Positions 25,702 through 39,010 of a stretch of 64,000 nt of DNA are shown here, piece by piece (the first letter of the stretch is position 1; each line of letters starts with the position of its first letter). Source of the stretch: Vermamoeba vermiformis. Its lineage: Eukaryota. The notes beneath the pieces are model-generated. The model searched no databases. It was given only the letters and a program-made list of their open reading frames with translations, and was not told the DNA's origin. The stretch lies in assembly GCA_045837725.1 (NCBI GenBank), contig JBEWZL010000098.1, positions 62,001-126,000 of the forward strand, read 5' to 3'. A program made the position numbers and the translations under genes.

Positions 25702-26650
25702 TTATTCTTTATACAGTGGAATACATAGTTCGCTGTCTTCAGTATTGACTCTATATAACACAAGATATTAGTAAGGACTTAAGGACGATGTGCTATTACG
25801 CTAAAAACCTACCTATTAACTTTCCATACGCCATCTTCAGTGCGCGCTTGCAAAACAAATTTTCCTTGGTGTTTGCTGCCTTGAATAGGAATCGTAACGT
25901 CTGAAACAGCTTCGGCCTGTAATAACACGCATTAGCATAAGAGTAATATTTAGAGTCGTTACTACGAAAGGCGTACCTCAAAAAGTCTGAACTTGAGCCC
26001 GCGGTTCCATGAGACATTCAAGAACTTCCACTTAAGCTCAGGAGCCTTAGTTGCGAACATATTTCCGGTCTGACTTGCGTTCGGCCCGAATCTTTGATGT
26101 AGAAAGATATTAATCTCCGAGCACGAGGCACAAATGAAACGTTCGGCCCTACCTCGCCAAAACTCTCGGATCTTTCAATGCCTGTTCGTAGTTCTTCTCG
26201 ACAACTTGGTTCCATAGTAACACGTCGTAGTTTGGTGTGCTGACTAACTTGCGATTATAATAGACGAATGTGCTACCGAACTGGTTAGTTTCATTAAACT
26301 CAGGCGATGACGCGTAAATTAGTACCTGTCATAAGCGACCTTGGCGCCGGTAAGTAGTGAAACCAACGTAACGAGTGACTTATTAAGAGTAGATTGATGT
26401 CGTTCAGTGATCACTTGCTCGGGTGCTTCAGTAGTAAGTCGACGCTTGCTTACTAATCCGGTAAAAAAATTAGAAAATATTATTTTGACCTGAAAATACG
26501 AGTGTGCGATATGCATATGTATTTTAGGTCATATATGCTATTTATAAAATTGTTGGCGTGCTTGAAAGCAAGATCACGTCGCGTACCCATCTGAGCATTT
26601 CTCTGGAACAGTCGCGAACTCCTTGCAAACGCTCTGGATAATATACTCAT
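25702..26650 (-). CDS. Mitochondrial Coa1/Tim21-like inner-membrane protein
   Basis: Spliced by eye: presequence-like MSILSRAFARSSRLFQRN; ...NYEQALKDPRVLARFG...; AEAVSDVTIPIQGSKHQGKFVLQARTEDGVWKVN. The last segment resembles the Coa1/Tim21 C-terminal pattern. Confidence 0.55.
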
Positions 26651-26819
26651 AGTTGTTGTGTTCTTTTAGCAAAGTTTCAAATTGAAGCAACACTGAAACG
26701 CGCGTGAGTTTATCAATGTTTTGGTCGTCAAATTTTTTTTGCCGGTCAAATCCCGCCGCACAAAACGGTCATAAGAAAATAATAGTATTTGTCTTATTCA
26801 TTAATTACAACGAATAGAG

Positions 26820-28379
26820 ATGTTGGGGAACGCTGCTAAAGTCACCATTCGTTCATTGACTAGAAAGTCAACTCCTGCTGCATGGTTAGTGTTTTTTTGG
26901 ATGGAGCATTCAAAAACTTCGTGGACAAGGATTGGATAATAATTTAATAATACCATGGAACATACAGCGAACGGATATATTGTCAGCCATATTTAAATTC
27001 ATACAGTGGACCACCAAATACTCCACAAAATAATTTGATTCAGAATCAGTTCTCCTCCCTGACATAAAAAATATCCAATCCTGTCCCAAATAATACATAT
27101 CACAATAATGACGATTATTATAATTTTTAAAGGCATTATAATACATTGCTAATCAACTTTTTTCTTGCATTCAGCATGGAGTCTGCTTTGGGTTCTTCTC
27201 GTGCTTACCCTGCCGCTTTGAGAGAACGTGAGTAAAATATTCTAATATATTTTTTAGGACTAGCAATCGATTTATACAGTGATTTGACGTAATGGAGGGT
27301 TGAAATCTAATATCATAATTTAGTCGAGCGCCGTGTTACATCCGTCAAGGCTGTCGCTAAGATTACAAACACTATGAAGCTTGTCGCCCAAGCCAAGCTT
27401 AACAGTGCTAAGAACAGAGCCGAAAGAACTACTGTAAGTACTTTTTAAGCTACCTGCCGCTAAGGGGGTAAATCCGCTTTCCAAATTAGTTATTCGAAAT
27501 ATTTTAATTTGTTTGTCAAAGATTTAATTTTATCATTATTGCATGAATTTTCTAGCTAATAAAATGCTAATGCCAATATTTTGCAGTATTTCTTCAACAC
27601 ACTCAACAAGCTCGTTGTTGATAACAAATTGGACTCTGCCCCTGTCTCCAAGGAAGCCACCAAGGAAGGCGGTGAAGTTGCCAAGAAGACCCTCGTTATT
27701 CTCATCACTACCGACAAGGGCATGTGCGGTTCTATCAACTCAAACATTAACCGTTTCGTGCGAAACATGCCTTCCATCAGAGACTGCAGCTTGATCGTTG
27801 TCGGCGAGAAGGGTGTTACCTCTATGGAACGCAGCTTCTTGAAGGACAACATTCCCTTCAGCGGTAAGTAGAATCTAAGACAATCTTACCGCGCCAATCC
27901 GGTTGCTAAATTTCTGTTTTGCAGCTCACACTCTCGGCTTGAAGACCATCAACTTCCTTGAGGTCGGAGCTGTTGCTGAAAGAATCGTTGCTGAGGAGTA
28001 CGATCAAATCAAGTTGGTCTACAACCGATTTGCTGGTGGTATGAAGTTCGAAGTCGACACTGTCACTATTCCCAACCACAAGGTTTTGTTGAGCAATATG
28101 GACAAATTGGCTGTTTATGAAATGGAAGAAAACAAGGCTGACCTCATGCGTGACTTGCACGAGTTCCACGTTGGTAGCGCCATCAACTACTCCATCTTCC
28201 AAAGCCAAGCCTCTGAAATGGCTAGCCGACGTAACGCTATGGACAGCGCCAACAAGAACGCTCAAGAAATGATTCGCATCTTGTCCATTCAATTCAACAA
28301 ATTGCGACAGGCCACCATTACCACCGAGTTGACTGAAATCGTTACTGGTGCTGAAGTCGTACAAGAGAAGGACTCTTAA
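26820..28379 (+). CDS. ATP5F1C: Mitochondrial F1 ATP synthase gamma subunit
   Basis: RRVTSVKAVAKITNTMKLVAQAKL; ITTDKGMCGSIN; SEMASRRNAMDSANKNA...FNKLRQATITTELTEIVTGA. Confidence 0.97.
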
Positions 28380-28908
28380 ACAATACGCCCACCCTAACAC
28401 AACATTGTTAATATGCTTTTCCCCAAATGCAAAAAAGTATAATCGATATTCGTTTTTTGTATCCATTAACGCATCCATCAAACAAAAGGATCCAAAACTG
28501 TCTTCGTAAATAAAACGTGGACTTCAATTAGATCGTGTGAACAGCTGTAGTTTGAAGGCTTTTCTGCCTGTTTTCTTCGCACGTGATCGGTGACCTTTGT
28601 TTTGTCCCTTTCGGGACGCGAACAATCTCGTCTTTTTCTTTCTTTAAAGAATAAATAGCCAACACCGAGCATATGTAATATTATATTATCATCGATCACA
28701 ACACCACTCGTTAATTTACCGACCGACGTTACTTGTAAGATTCAGATGCCTTTTTACGTTCTCAAATCCACCCAATTATTCAAATTTTGCAAGCAATATA
28801 ATATTTTGAAGCTAATGCTACAATATATGCACTTGCCACAGCTCGCTAATTAATTTAAACATATGTAATCGATTTTATTTTAAATATTTATTATTGTTTA
28901 CCCAGCTG

Positions 28909-31900
28909 ATGGAAAGAAATACTCAACAAGCGTGTCGATTTATCCAAGACACGGGATTTTGTCCTAAATTAAAATCTGGGGCTTGTCCACACCGCCATCC
29001 GCCTCAATGCAAAAACAACACGACCTGTTGGAATACCTCGTGCACCTATCTACATGACAATGAATTGTGTCGTTACGGCGCCAAATGTTACAACAAGAAC
29101 TGCCAGTACCGTCATCCCAAAGAGGTTAAGCAACAAACACAAGAGCCAACCGCGCACCATACCAACAACAACAGAGATAACAAACGCAATGATGGACATC
29201 GCCACGGTGATAGAGATATGAATAGAAGCATTAATAATAACAACCGAGATGCCGATGCTCGCTCTGAGATGTCACGCAGTTCTCGTTCTGAACGAGATTC
29301 CAAAGACTCGCGATCCGAACGAAGTGATACTCCGAACAAGACCAATCGATCGCCTTTAGAAGAGTTACTAGCGGATCAAAGAAAGTTTGCAGCAATATAT
29401 TCAAATGTGAAAGCGATCGGCTACTTGAAAAAAGCTCTCTGCGACTTCGATGCGATCATCAAGGCAACAGGAAAGATAGCGTACCGATTAACAAAGATGC
29501 TCGAAGCTCAGAATGAACAAGACGAGAACTCAATTCTTGGCCAACAAGCTCGACAAGCTACAGCGCATTACAAAGAGCTCTTAGTTCAACGCAGGACCAT
29601 CACTTACACAATTTTTGGCGCCATCAAATCACTCACAGGACCTTCTATTCCCGTCAACTACCTCATATTACGAGAGTTGAATCGCCTAAAAGAACACTTG
29701 CCAATATTATCCAAGCGTTACGAGATAACTGAGGCACTTAAGAAAAACTCATTCTTGGTTGTTCAAGGTGGATCCGGATGCGGCAAAAGTTCGCAACTGG
29801 CTCAGTATTTCGCTGACATGCCCGAGTTTGCAATCAAGAAGGTACCATCTTAATAATATTAGAATATCGTATTAACGGGATGCAGATTATCTGTTCAAAC
29901 CCTCGCAGATCTGGTGCAATTACGTTGGCACAACACGTACAAACTCAATACAGTGCTGGTAGTAGAAAATATGCTGAAGTAGGAGGATTCGTTGGATATC
30001 GCGTATTTGGTGACAAGAAAGTTTCACGGTGGACTAGAATCGAGTACATTACCGAGAACTACCTGCTTCATTTGTTGAACCCGGACAAACGCGAGCAGTA
30101 CGATAAAGCCGTTAAAGAATGTGGCGTTATCATCGTTGACGAGGCACAAGAAAGGAATATCAACACTGATGTGCTTTTTGGCGTGCTAAAGATGCTACAA
30201 GTCAATTACCCTCATTTGAAGATCGTCGTCACATCGACCACTCTCGCGGATGCAACTTTATTTTCGCAGTACTTTGACAACTGCCCTGTGATTTCAGTGC
30301 CAGAAAGACTCCATCCCATTCGAGTAGTGCATAAGGCAATGCCTCTGGAAGAAGATATGGTTGTCGGAAGCGTGCTGAAGAGCGCTGTTGACGTGCTTCG
30401 AAGCACCAAGCCTGACGATGGAGACATCCTGTGCTTCGTTCCTTCTGCTGAAGACGCCGAACAATCAGCTACAGCAATGCAAGGATTCATTGCCAAGCAG
30501 CGTGTGCACTGTCGCTCGTTCTGTCTTCACGAGAACCAGAGTCCTGAAGAGCTCCAAGAAGTACTGACAAGACCTCACGGCGTTAGAAGAATCATTTTTG
30601 CGACGAGCATTGCCGAGGCATCAGTTTCTCTTAATGGCATTAGATACGTCATTGATTGCGGGTTGTCTCGAACTGAAGTTTGGGATCCAGTCACGAAACA
30701 GGCCCGAAGCCAGGTACGATCTAGATCAAACCTGCATTATTAATACTAATACCTTTGTATTAGTTACGTCCTATTTCCAAGTCCAGTGCTAACCTGCGCC
30801 GTGATTTGGTTGGACGAAATAGGCCTGGAACGTGTTTCAGATTGTATTCTGAAGACGACTTTGAAGCCATGCCGATCAGCTCGACTCCCGAACTGTTCAG
30901 AAAGCCACTTACATTAGTATCAGCCTCGTTGATGTGGATGAAAATCAACCCTGTGAACTTTCCATGGCTCGAATCTCCGAAGCGCACGAGCATTGAAAGT
31001 GCACTGCAAGAGCTTTCTCTCTTCAAGGCAATCAACAAGTTGCCTGACGGTCGCTTTGAACTTTCTCAGATTGGTCAGTTAGTGGCCCTCCTTCAAATGG
31101 ACCCGAGAATGGTGCACATGCTACACAACGCGTGCACACGTGGATTAGGTACGTAACAAGTCAGTTGAGGATTGCTTGGCTAACAATTATTGTAGGCCAA
31201 TCTGCGTGCATAATTGCAGGTTTGATGTCAGTAGCGACAGGAGTCTTCTGGCGCTCCGGGGACTATGCCTCACGCAAATCTTCCGATACAGCAAGATTTA
31301 AGTTCGCAAGTCCATGTGGCGATATTGCAACACTTTACCGAGTCTATTGTGCTTGGGTCGAACAAAAGAACGCCAAAGCTACTCAATTTGATACAAGCTC
31401 TAGCATTGGAGACGAGACAATGGACATTGATGACATGGGACTTAATAACTACGAGGCTCGTTCGGCCGAAGGCATGGACGACATAGTTGACGCTGCCATA
31501 GACAATGGATCCGAGTCATCGGACGACAGCGACAACGAAGAAGATGAGGCCAAGAGCCAGGTCTCGGACGCATCCGAAGAGCCTCAACCGATGGAAGTCG
31601 AGAGCACGTTCACAGATGACTCATCCATGCGACTTGAAGAAAACAGTTCTATGGGCGATGAAGATGACAGGAAAGTCGAGAATAAGAAGGCCCAGGCAAG
31701 AAATGTATGGAAATGGTGCAAAGAGAACTTCATTAACAATAAGGCGTTAATGGCTGCCGAGTCGTTGGCCGCTGATTTACGTCGAGGATTGATCAAGCAC
31801 GGCGCTTGGAACTTGAGTAACAACCAAGACGTACAGCCTGATGAAAAAACTATTCAACGGATGGTCTTTGACGCTTCGATTATGAATCTTTGCGCGAAAG

Positions 31901-34900
31901 TTCGTGAAGGTGTTGTTCAATTGGTACGTCACAAATCTATCTCAGTTATTTAACGACCTAATTAACGGTACTAATGTGTTGCGTAGGTCTCATCAAAAAC
32001 GATTTCTGCAGTGAGCCCATTGTCATCAATCATGTTACTAGGAGAACCACTTCCCAAGTTCTTAGTCTACAATAATATGATGACTACAGGACGCACGTTC
32101 TTAGTCAATATTACACCAGTCGAGGCAGTTTGGTTGAAAGATTTTCCTGAGATTGAAGCTAACATCAACGAACTCAACATTGAACAAGTGAAGATTAGCC
32201 CAGTGCCACAGACCGTTCTACAAAGTATTGCTGGCAGATGTAATGCAAACTTGGAAGAGCTCGGCAAGGCCTTGAATTGCATGGTTGAAGCGGACTTGGA
32301 TAACGTAAGTACACGTATAAAATTAGAGCGTAACTGACGCCTTTCGAAGGGCGCTTTGATTGCGTGGTGCTCGCCTAACAGAGCAGAAGAGATTCGACGA
32401 ATTTTGGAAGCCAAAGTTGAGCTGATCCACAATAAGACTCGCTTGGAAGTTCAAGAAGAGGTGTTTATTGGTGGCACTCGCATTGTGTGGGGTGAAGGCG
32501 GAGAAATTGTTGCTTTGCTTCAAGAAGACGAATTCATTTCTATTGCGATTAGGTACGCTAAAGTATCTTGAAAATAATCACGCGGTACTAAAAACTGTCG
32601 TTTCAGTAATTTACCAACGTCTATGACGGAAGAGAAACTGTTCAATATAATCGCCACATTTAGCGAGCCTCGGTCATGCACAATTATTCCGTCAAAAGAT
32701 AAGAACATGGTGACTGGTCACGTGGTTTTCAAAGATCCCACAATAGCTGCCAAGGTCCTTATCTCCTTGAAGGGCGCAAAGCTCGAGTCACGTGATTTGC
32801 AGTTGATCCCTGGTGTCGTAAAGAAGCAGCTGTCATTCAAATCGAAAGGATATTTGCAGATCTCAGTGGCGTTGGCAAAACCCAAGCCTAAAGCAAAACT
32901 CATCTTTGCTACAGCCCGCGACGCATATGTGTTTTGTCACAGTGTTATGTTCTCTGGCAGAGCACGCCGTTTTCAAGATCCCAGCGGGGATTTGACCAAA
33001 CCAACCAAAGTCATACTGAAACTGCTGGCTGGCGAAGACGAAGCCCACATTCTTCGTCAAATTCGAGAACTAAACTTGCCGTTGCCACTTCACGTTAGCG
33101 TGGCCAGAGAGGACATTGACCAAGGCTCCATTGACCAATCAAGAAAATTTGTCAGCGAACTTGACCGTATTCTTCCAGAGCATATTCAAAAGGATATAAT
33201 TCACAAATCAGTCTTTTTTGACGAGAAGATCAAACGTGGAGGCATCAAATGCTATTTCAACTCGCTCGAAGAAATTGAACGGGCGGCCAGCGATGCCGTT
33301 GTGATTGAGAATTTGAATGCTCAGCCAGCAGTATTCGATCACCCGGTACGACTTGAAAAGTTCTTCAGCGGGTCAATGGCTATCAATACAGCGATATGGA
33401 CGATGTTTGAAACCGAACTGCAGCAAGTTATCAAGGCCCAAAAATCAAAGGTCGCAGCGATCATCAACCAAAAAAATCATTTGGCCGTGTTGGATCTGCA
33501 CTCGCAAGATCCAACCAGCATCGACCACGTGTTCCGTACCATTGATAGCGTTATTAAGTGCACGGTCTATACTCATCCAAAGAAGAGTTTGTTGTTTTCG
33601 TCGATCGGTCGAAAACGACTAACGGATGCGAAGTTGCCGATTCAATGGGACCGAGCTGGCACTATTAGAGTATACGGCAGAGATGAAGAAAGAGCCAAAG
33701 CCGAGAAAACACTCAACGAGATCATGGAACAACTGTCGTCTTTGGTCTTGAACGAAACATTCATAATCAAACGTGATTCATTGAAACAAGTCAAAATACA
33801 CTTTGAAAAGCTACGAGAAGTTGCTGGAGTTGAAGAAATGCGATTATTTGGCAGTAGATTGGTGGCTTCAGGAACGAAAGAGTCAATCGCAAAGTTACGT
33901 GAAACAATGGCCAACGCGATTGTCGTTCCCAAAAAGGCACAAGAACGCACTGAAGACGAGTGTCCTATTTGTATTGACACTTACGACGAGCCTGTGACAC
34001 TTCAGGTATTTCCTAATTTGGAAAATATTCTTTTCTAACTTTTTGACTAGTCGTGTGGCCACACTTTTTGCAAGGCCTGTTTGCAAGGGTACCTGGCGCA
34101 GACCACCTTGCCGGTACCTCTTTGTTGCCCTCTAAACTGCAAGCCATTGGTCGTGAAAGATTTACTCGCACTAGCGTCACCAGATGTCCTCGAACATGTC
34201 AAACAGACCGCGGTTGAAAAATTCTTACTCGACCATTCAACCGAGTTTACGCACTGTCCTAAGACAGGCTGTACACAGTAAGACAATAGTATAATAGGGC
34301 TTGTCGGCTTAAATAACTGATGCACTTTAGATTGATGAGATTGCCTAATGTAAGCGCCCCTGCTGAGGAGAAAGTAGCAGGTGGACGAGTGGTCTCGTGT
34401 GATCAATGCATGCAAGACTATTGCTACACGTGCAGTAACTTCTACAACGCGTTGATCGGCAAACATACGAGCTTCACGTGCAAAGAACAGCAAGCCATGC
34501 TTCATCCGACCATTCAGCAGCACGTTCGATTCATTCAGAACGAGCTTTTGGTCTCTGCTTGTCCCCGTTGCAAACGAGTAAGTTTGTTAAATCTTTAGCG
34601 AAATTTCAGTCGTGCTTAGTTTTTGATTATTTGCAGGCGTTTTTGGACTTCACTGGATGCTGCGCGGTGACGTGTGAATGCGGGGCAGGGTTTTGCGGCT
34701 TGTGTTTGATCGACACGAATGGCGATGCTCATGCACATGTTCGTGAATGCACTTTGACGCCTCCTGGTGAGCCACTGGGGGTGTTTCATTCGGCGGTAAT
34801 TATTGCCCAAAGTCAGGGCTTGGTCAAGAAGCGACGGTTAATTGAGTACTTGAAGCAAATCAACTCTATTACAGATCGAATATCAGTGCTGCAAAATTTA

Positions 34901-34954
34901 ACCAAAGATCTGGCAGATCTGAAAATCCAAATTGCCGAACAAGAAATCATGTAA
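28909..34954 (+). CDS. CCCH zinc finger - DEAH/RHA helicase-like - HA2/OB - RRM/KH-like - RBR E3 ligase fusion (similar layout to plant DEAH11/12)
   Basis: CRYGAKCYNKNCQYRHP; GGSGCGKSSQ; DEAQER; ATSIAEAS; PGTCFRLYS; CPICIDTYDEPVTL|CGHTFCKACL; HCPKTGC; CPRCK|AFLDFTGCCAVTCECGAGFCGLCL. Confidence 0.85.
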
Positions 34955-35018
34955 ATACGAAATAAACCTTGTCTTAATTTATTATTTTTACATCATTTCA
35001 ATTTTAATACTCCTTTTG

Positions 35019-36792
35019 TTAGTATTTAAATTCTCTTAAGTTGGGCAGATTGAGCACAATATCGTAATTGCCGTTAAATTTCAAGATCTGCAAAGAAGTG
35101 ACACGTGTCAAATGCTGACCACTGGCACCATTTGTGTTATACACATAGAGTCGCGATAAATGTTGCATCGATGAAAAATGTAGCACATCCAGGTCGCTTT
35201 CGCACAGTGGAATTTCGATGTCCCGAAGGTTCGTTAAAGGTGCCAGCAAAGGAGTCAAATTTTCATGAACGTTGTCCACCACAAGATACTCCAAACTAGT
35301 CAATGTAGAAAGAAAATCATGTTCGCCGATAAATGCATCACTTTCGTCATTTGCACAGATCCGAAGGTGTGTCAAATTTCCTAATTTGGAAATTCCTTTG
35401 TAGTCACGTGGTTGGCCACGGAATGACAGCGATTCCAAATTAGTCAATAATGAGATGTCATAGCCATGAGGATCATCGTGATCCATTAGAGAGAGACATC
35501 GAAGTTGTGTGAGCTGATCCAAGTGGTCTATATTAAATGAATTAAGGCCGCTGACCACCAATAGCGTCAAATGGTGCAAATTTTTCACAGAAATATCGTC
35601 CCTAATTGCATTGTACAATCGTAGGGCCTGCAAAGCTGTCATAGTGCTCACTCGTTGGATCGAGTCAGTTGGTACCATGTCTATTGCGTCCATGAACTCG
35701 ACCAATAATTGCGTTAATTTTTTTGACTGGATGTGCTCGAAAACTTGACATTGTTCCGGTGTGGCTATATTTAGCTCTAGTGACTCTAACGCTGTCAACG
35801 ATGTGAATACTTCGGGTGAATGTGGAGTGCAGTTCAATAACGTTTTCACTGAAAATAAATTTGGCGTTGGGAATTTCGAAAGGACCAAATAAGTCAATTT
35901 TGAGTTGAGGACTGGATCCACCTCGATCTGAAAAGGTACGTTCAGAGAATCCAGTGCTGTCCAATATTTCAGTGAAAATATCTTGCTGGCGTCGTTGTCT
36001 AGGAAGCGCATATTCCACGTAAATTCTTTTAGATTTTTTAAGCGCATCAGATCTGCATCCGTCCAAGTTGGTTCTCCAGACATCTCCAATAAAGTAAGTT
36101 TACTATGAGCATCGGTAAACATGTTAAATGGCTCGTCTAATGAGACATAAGAGATCCTCAGCTCGGATAAATTTGTCAACTTTCTGATTGTTTCTACCAA
36201 ATCTGGTTCATCCGACTGGCGATGGTGATTAAATGCAAGCTTTTCCAAATTAGTAAAGTGCTTGCAAACATTGAGAGGTATTAATGGGGAATTCAGCTGC
36301 TTTAGGTTCGTCAAACAGGTCAGCCTTATAAGATCTGGATTTACAAACGTGTGACCAGTACTAATCTCTCTAATATCGAGTGCTGTAATATTGGTCAGAC
36401 GTGTTAAGTGCTCTATTATATCGCCTGCAGCTTTCATAAAGTTTTTCTGCAGTTTAAGGCTGATCGGTGTTTTGTAACTCGAAAATCGATCCACGATCTG
36501 CTTCCATTCCGATGTTCTCGTCAAATATAAAGTAAAGTGATTATATCCAACCAGTTCGAACCATTTCTTGCTTGCCAATCGTAGATTACGCTTTGTTTTG
36601 TCTTGATCAACTAAACTGACGATACTTTTTAAAATATCTTGTGGCAGTTCTTCCTGGTAAAAAAAATAAATAAATATACACCGGAATTTATGCTAATTAA
36701 CAAAATTACAATAGTGATGACGAGGACAATTTGGGCTAGAAAATTTTAATTGGCGTAACAAAGGTCTGCTGAGTATACTGGACATTTACCAT
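35019..36792 (-). CDS. F-box/leucine-rich-repeat protein
   Basis: M|EELPQDILKSIVSLV...NLRLASKKW (F-box-like), followed by many LxxLTxLxxLxL repeats. Confidence 0.8.
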
Positions 36793-36985
36793 GTAAATAC
36801 GTTGTAATATTCTATACAAATAAATAGTATAGGTTGTTGTTAGCTAGTAATTTAGACTATGAAAGTAATTGTGTTGCCGCCTGCGGCCATTTAACAAAAA
36901 TAATCGGCTCGGTTAATTTGACCTGAAATATTTCAAACAATCGAACATGTCCTATAACTATTTACATTTTATTAACATGACTAAT

Positions 36986-38059
36986 CTAATCGTCGTATAA
37001 ATCCAGGTGGACTCGAGAAAACTCGGGGTACCTGCGCCGTTCTTGCCAATGCCCCGGAATTTTCGAGCCACCTTGCATGTGCCCGCCGACTCCAATGAAC
37101 GATAACCACGGAGGGACCCACTTACATGATAGTCCCACAATATTTAATGTTTGGAGTTGTGTCAATTTTGCGAGATCTTCGTACGAAAGTGTCACCACGG
37201 CACAATGATGAACAATCAGGACCTTCAATTGTGTGAGTCTGGATATCTTGGAAGGGATGTATCTAACACTAGAAAGTAAGAGAAATGATAACTGCGTTAG
37301 CCAAGTCATTTGAAAGATCACATCCGGAATTGTTATCATGCTCGCGGAGGCTCGGATCTGGATGTTGCAGAGCTGGGTCATTAACGCTAATTCTTGCGGC
37401 AATTCATCGGTACTAGAATCAATCGCGAGCGCTCTCAAATTACCGAATTTGGTGATGGTTGGTGGTATAGTAAGCAACTTTTTGAAGCGTAAATATTGCA
37501 GATCCGTCAGTTTAAATAAACTCGTTGGAAATTCGCTGTCTTGCTGGAAAAGAAGATAAAATTCTCTTAATTGTGTCATCTTCGCCATATCTTCTGCTAT
37601 AATGTGATTGTTGGTCGGTATTTGCATTTCTAGGCACGTAAGATTTGTGAGGCTGCGTAAGAACGGATTTGGCTCGACAACAATATTCAGAGAAGCCAAG
37701 CTAAGCGTGCGTAGATTTGTTAACTTAGTTATTGAATTAACTACTGGCATCGCTGAAGACTGCAGAAATATTGATTGAATTTTAGTTAGGTGCGTCAGCT
37801 TCGTGAAGGTGTCTAGATCTTCATTGTCAAAGTGAAGATAGCCAGAAAGCGAGAGATCGGGCAATTTATTCTTCAAATTTGCCCGCAGCACCAGTTTGAA
37901 CTACAAAGACACCATTAAAATCATAAAAATTAAGATTTTTACGGATCTTCAAAGGCAAATCTTTCTGATTAAACTAATTTAAATAAATATATATTATGTA
38001 TGTTCAGTACTGTGATGCCGAAATTATAAGTATAAACGTACTGCTGTATTTTCGAGCAT
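36986..38059 (-). CDS. Leucine-rich-repeat protein (5' end uncertain)
   Basis: Repeats such as ITKLTNLRTLSL, LFKLTDLQYLRF and ISRLTQLKVLIV. Confidence 0.75.
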
Positions 38060-38295
38060 TCTTTTGTATTTTGCCCACGGATAAATCCACGTCTCGTTAA
38101 TCTCTAGATTAATGTTAATCTGGCGTATATACCATTTACTCTAGTGTGCATTAAATCAAAGGGTACTCCCTGATTGCAATCACACAAAAAATCTCTTTTT
38201 TTTTTCCCGGTCAAAAAGTTTCAAAACAAAAGCACGTGCCAACAACGTTTAATCAACTTTTGGAGCCGATCTTCATTATTACTCACGCATCAAAC

Positions 38296-38685
38296 ATGGC
38301 TACTATCACTTTTAAAATGCAAAACTGGGACGAGAAGCCCTACGAAGAGATCGGATCCGGCGCCAAACTCTCGAAAGTCAACGTTAAGCAAGAGTATACC
38401 GGAGATATGGTTGGCACTAGCACCCTCGAATATCTCATGTCCTACACTACCACTGGCACGTGCTCATTTGTTGGCCACGAACGTTTCACTGGAACTCTTG
38501 GTGGCAAGTCCGGATCTTTCGTCTTGCAACACGTAGGAAAGTGGGAAAATGGCGAGGCTAAGAGCTCATTCAATGTGGTTGAAGGTTCAAGCACTGGTGA
38601 TCTTGCTAGCCTCCGTGGTTCTGGAAGTTACGCCGCGAAGCACAAAGAAGAACCGATTGTAACGTTTAATTATACCCTTGCTTAA
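38296..38685 (+). CDS. DUF3224 family protein, intronless
   Basis: TFKMQNWDEKPYEE...YTGDMVGTSTLEYLMSY...FVGHERFTGTLGGKSGSFVLQH...VVEGSSTGDLASLRGSG. Confidence 0.85.
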   Translation: MATITFKMQNWDEKPYEEIGSGAKLSKVNVKQEYTGDMVGTSTLEYLMSYTTTGTCSFVGHERFTGTLGGKSGSFVLQHVGKWENGEAKSSFNVVEGSSTGDLASLRGSGSYAAKHKEEPIVTFNYTLA

Positions 38686-39010
38686 TTAATAGCATTTTTA
38701 GCCTACAAAATCATTTAATGGTGAATAAATAATTAAATGAACTCAAGATTTGGCCTAAGAATTTCTAGGAAACGCGGATCTGTCACTTCCGAAAATCAAT
38801 CGATCAAATTTTTATGCTTGATTTCATCTGATTCCCTTTATGGCAGTTACTATTGCATATCGCGATAGTATTTAATGCATTTGGAGCAATTGAGCATTGT
38901 GGTGATTAAAATGACCGAAGATCCAACACGCCAAACCTCAAGTGGCCACGTTTGTTACTCTAAATTACAATGCTTATCGACCCTATTGTCCGATAACAAT
39001 TTAGTTAAAT

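Noticed and set aside
36714-36772. GTGATGA...CTGA box C/D-like pair
   Set aside because: It is antisense to the host intron and has no recognisable rRNA-complementary guide, so it is likely chance.
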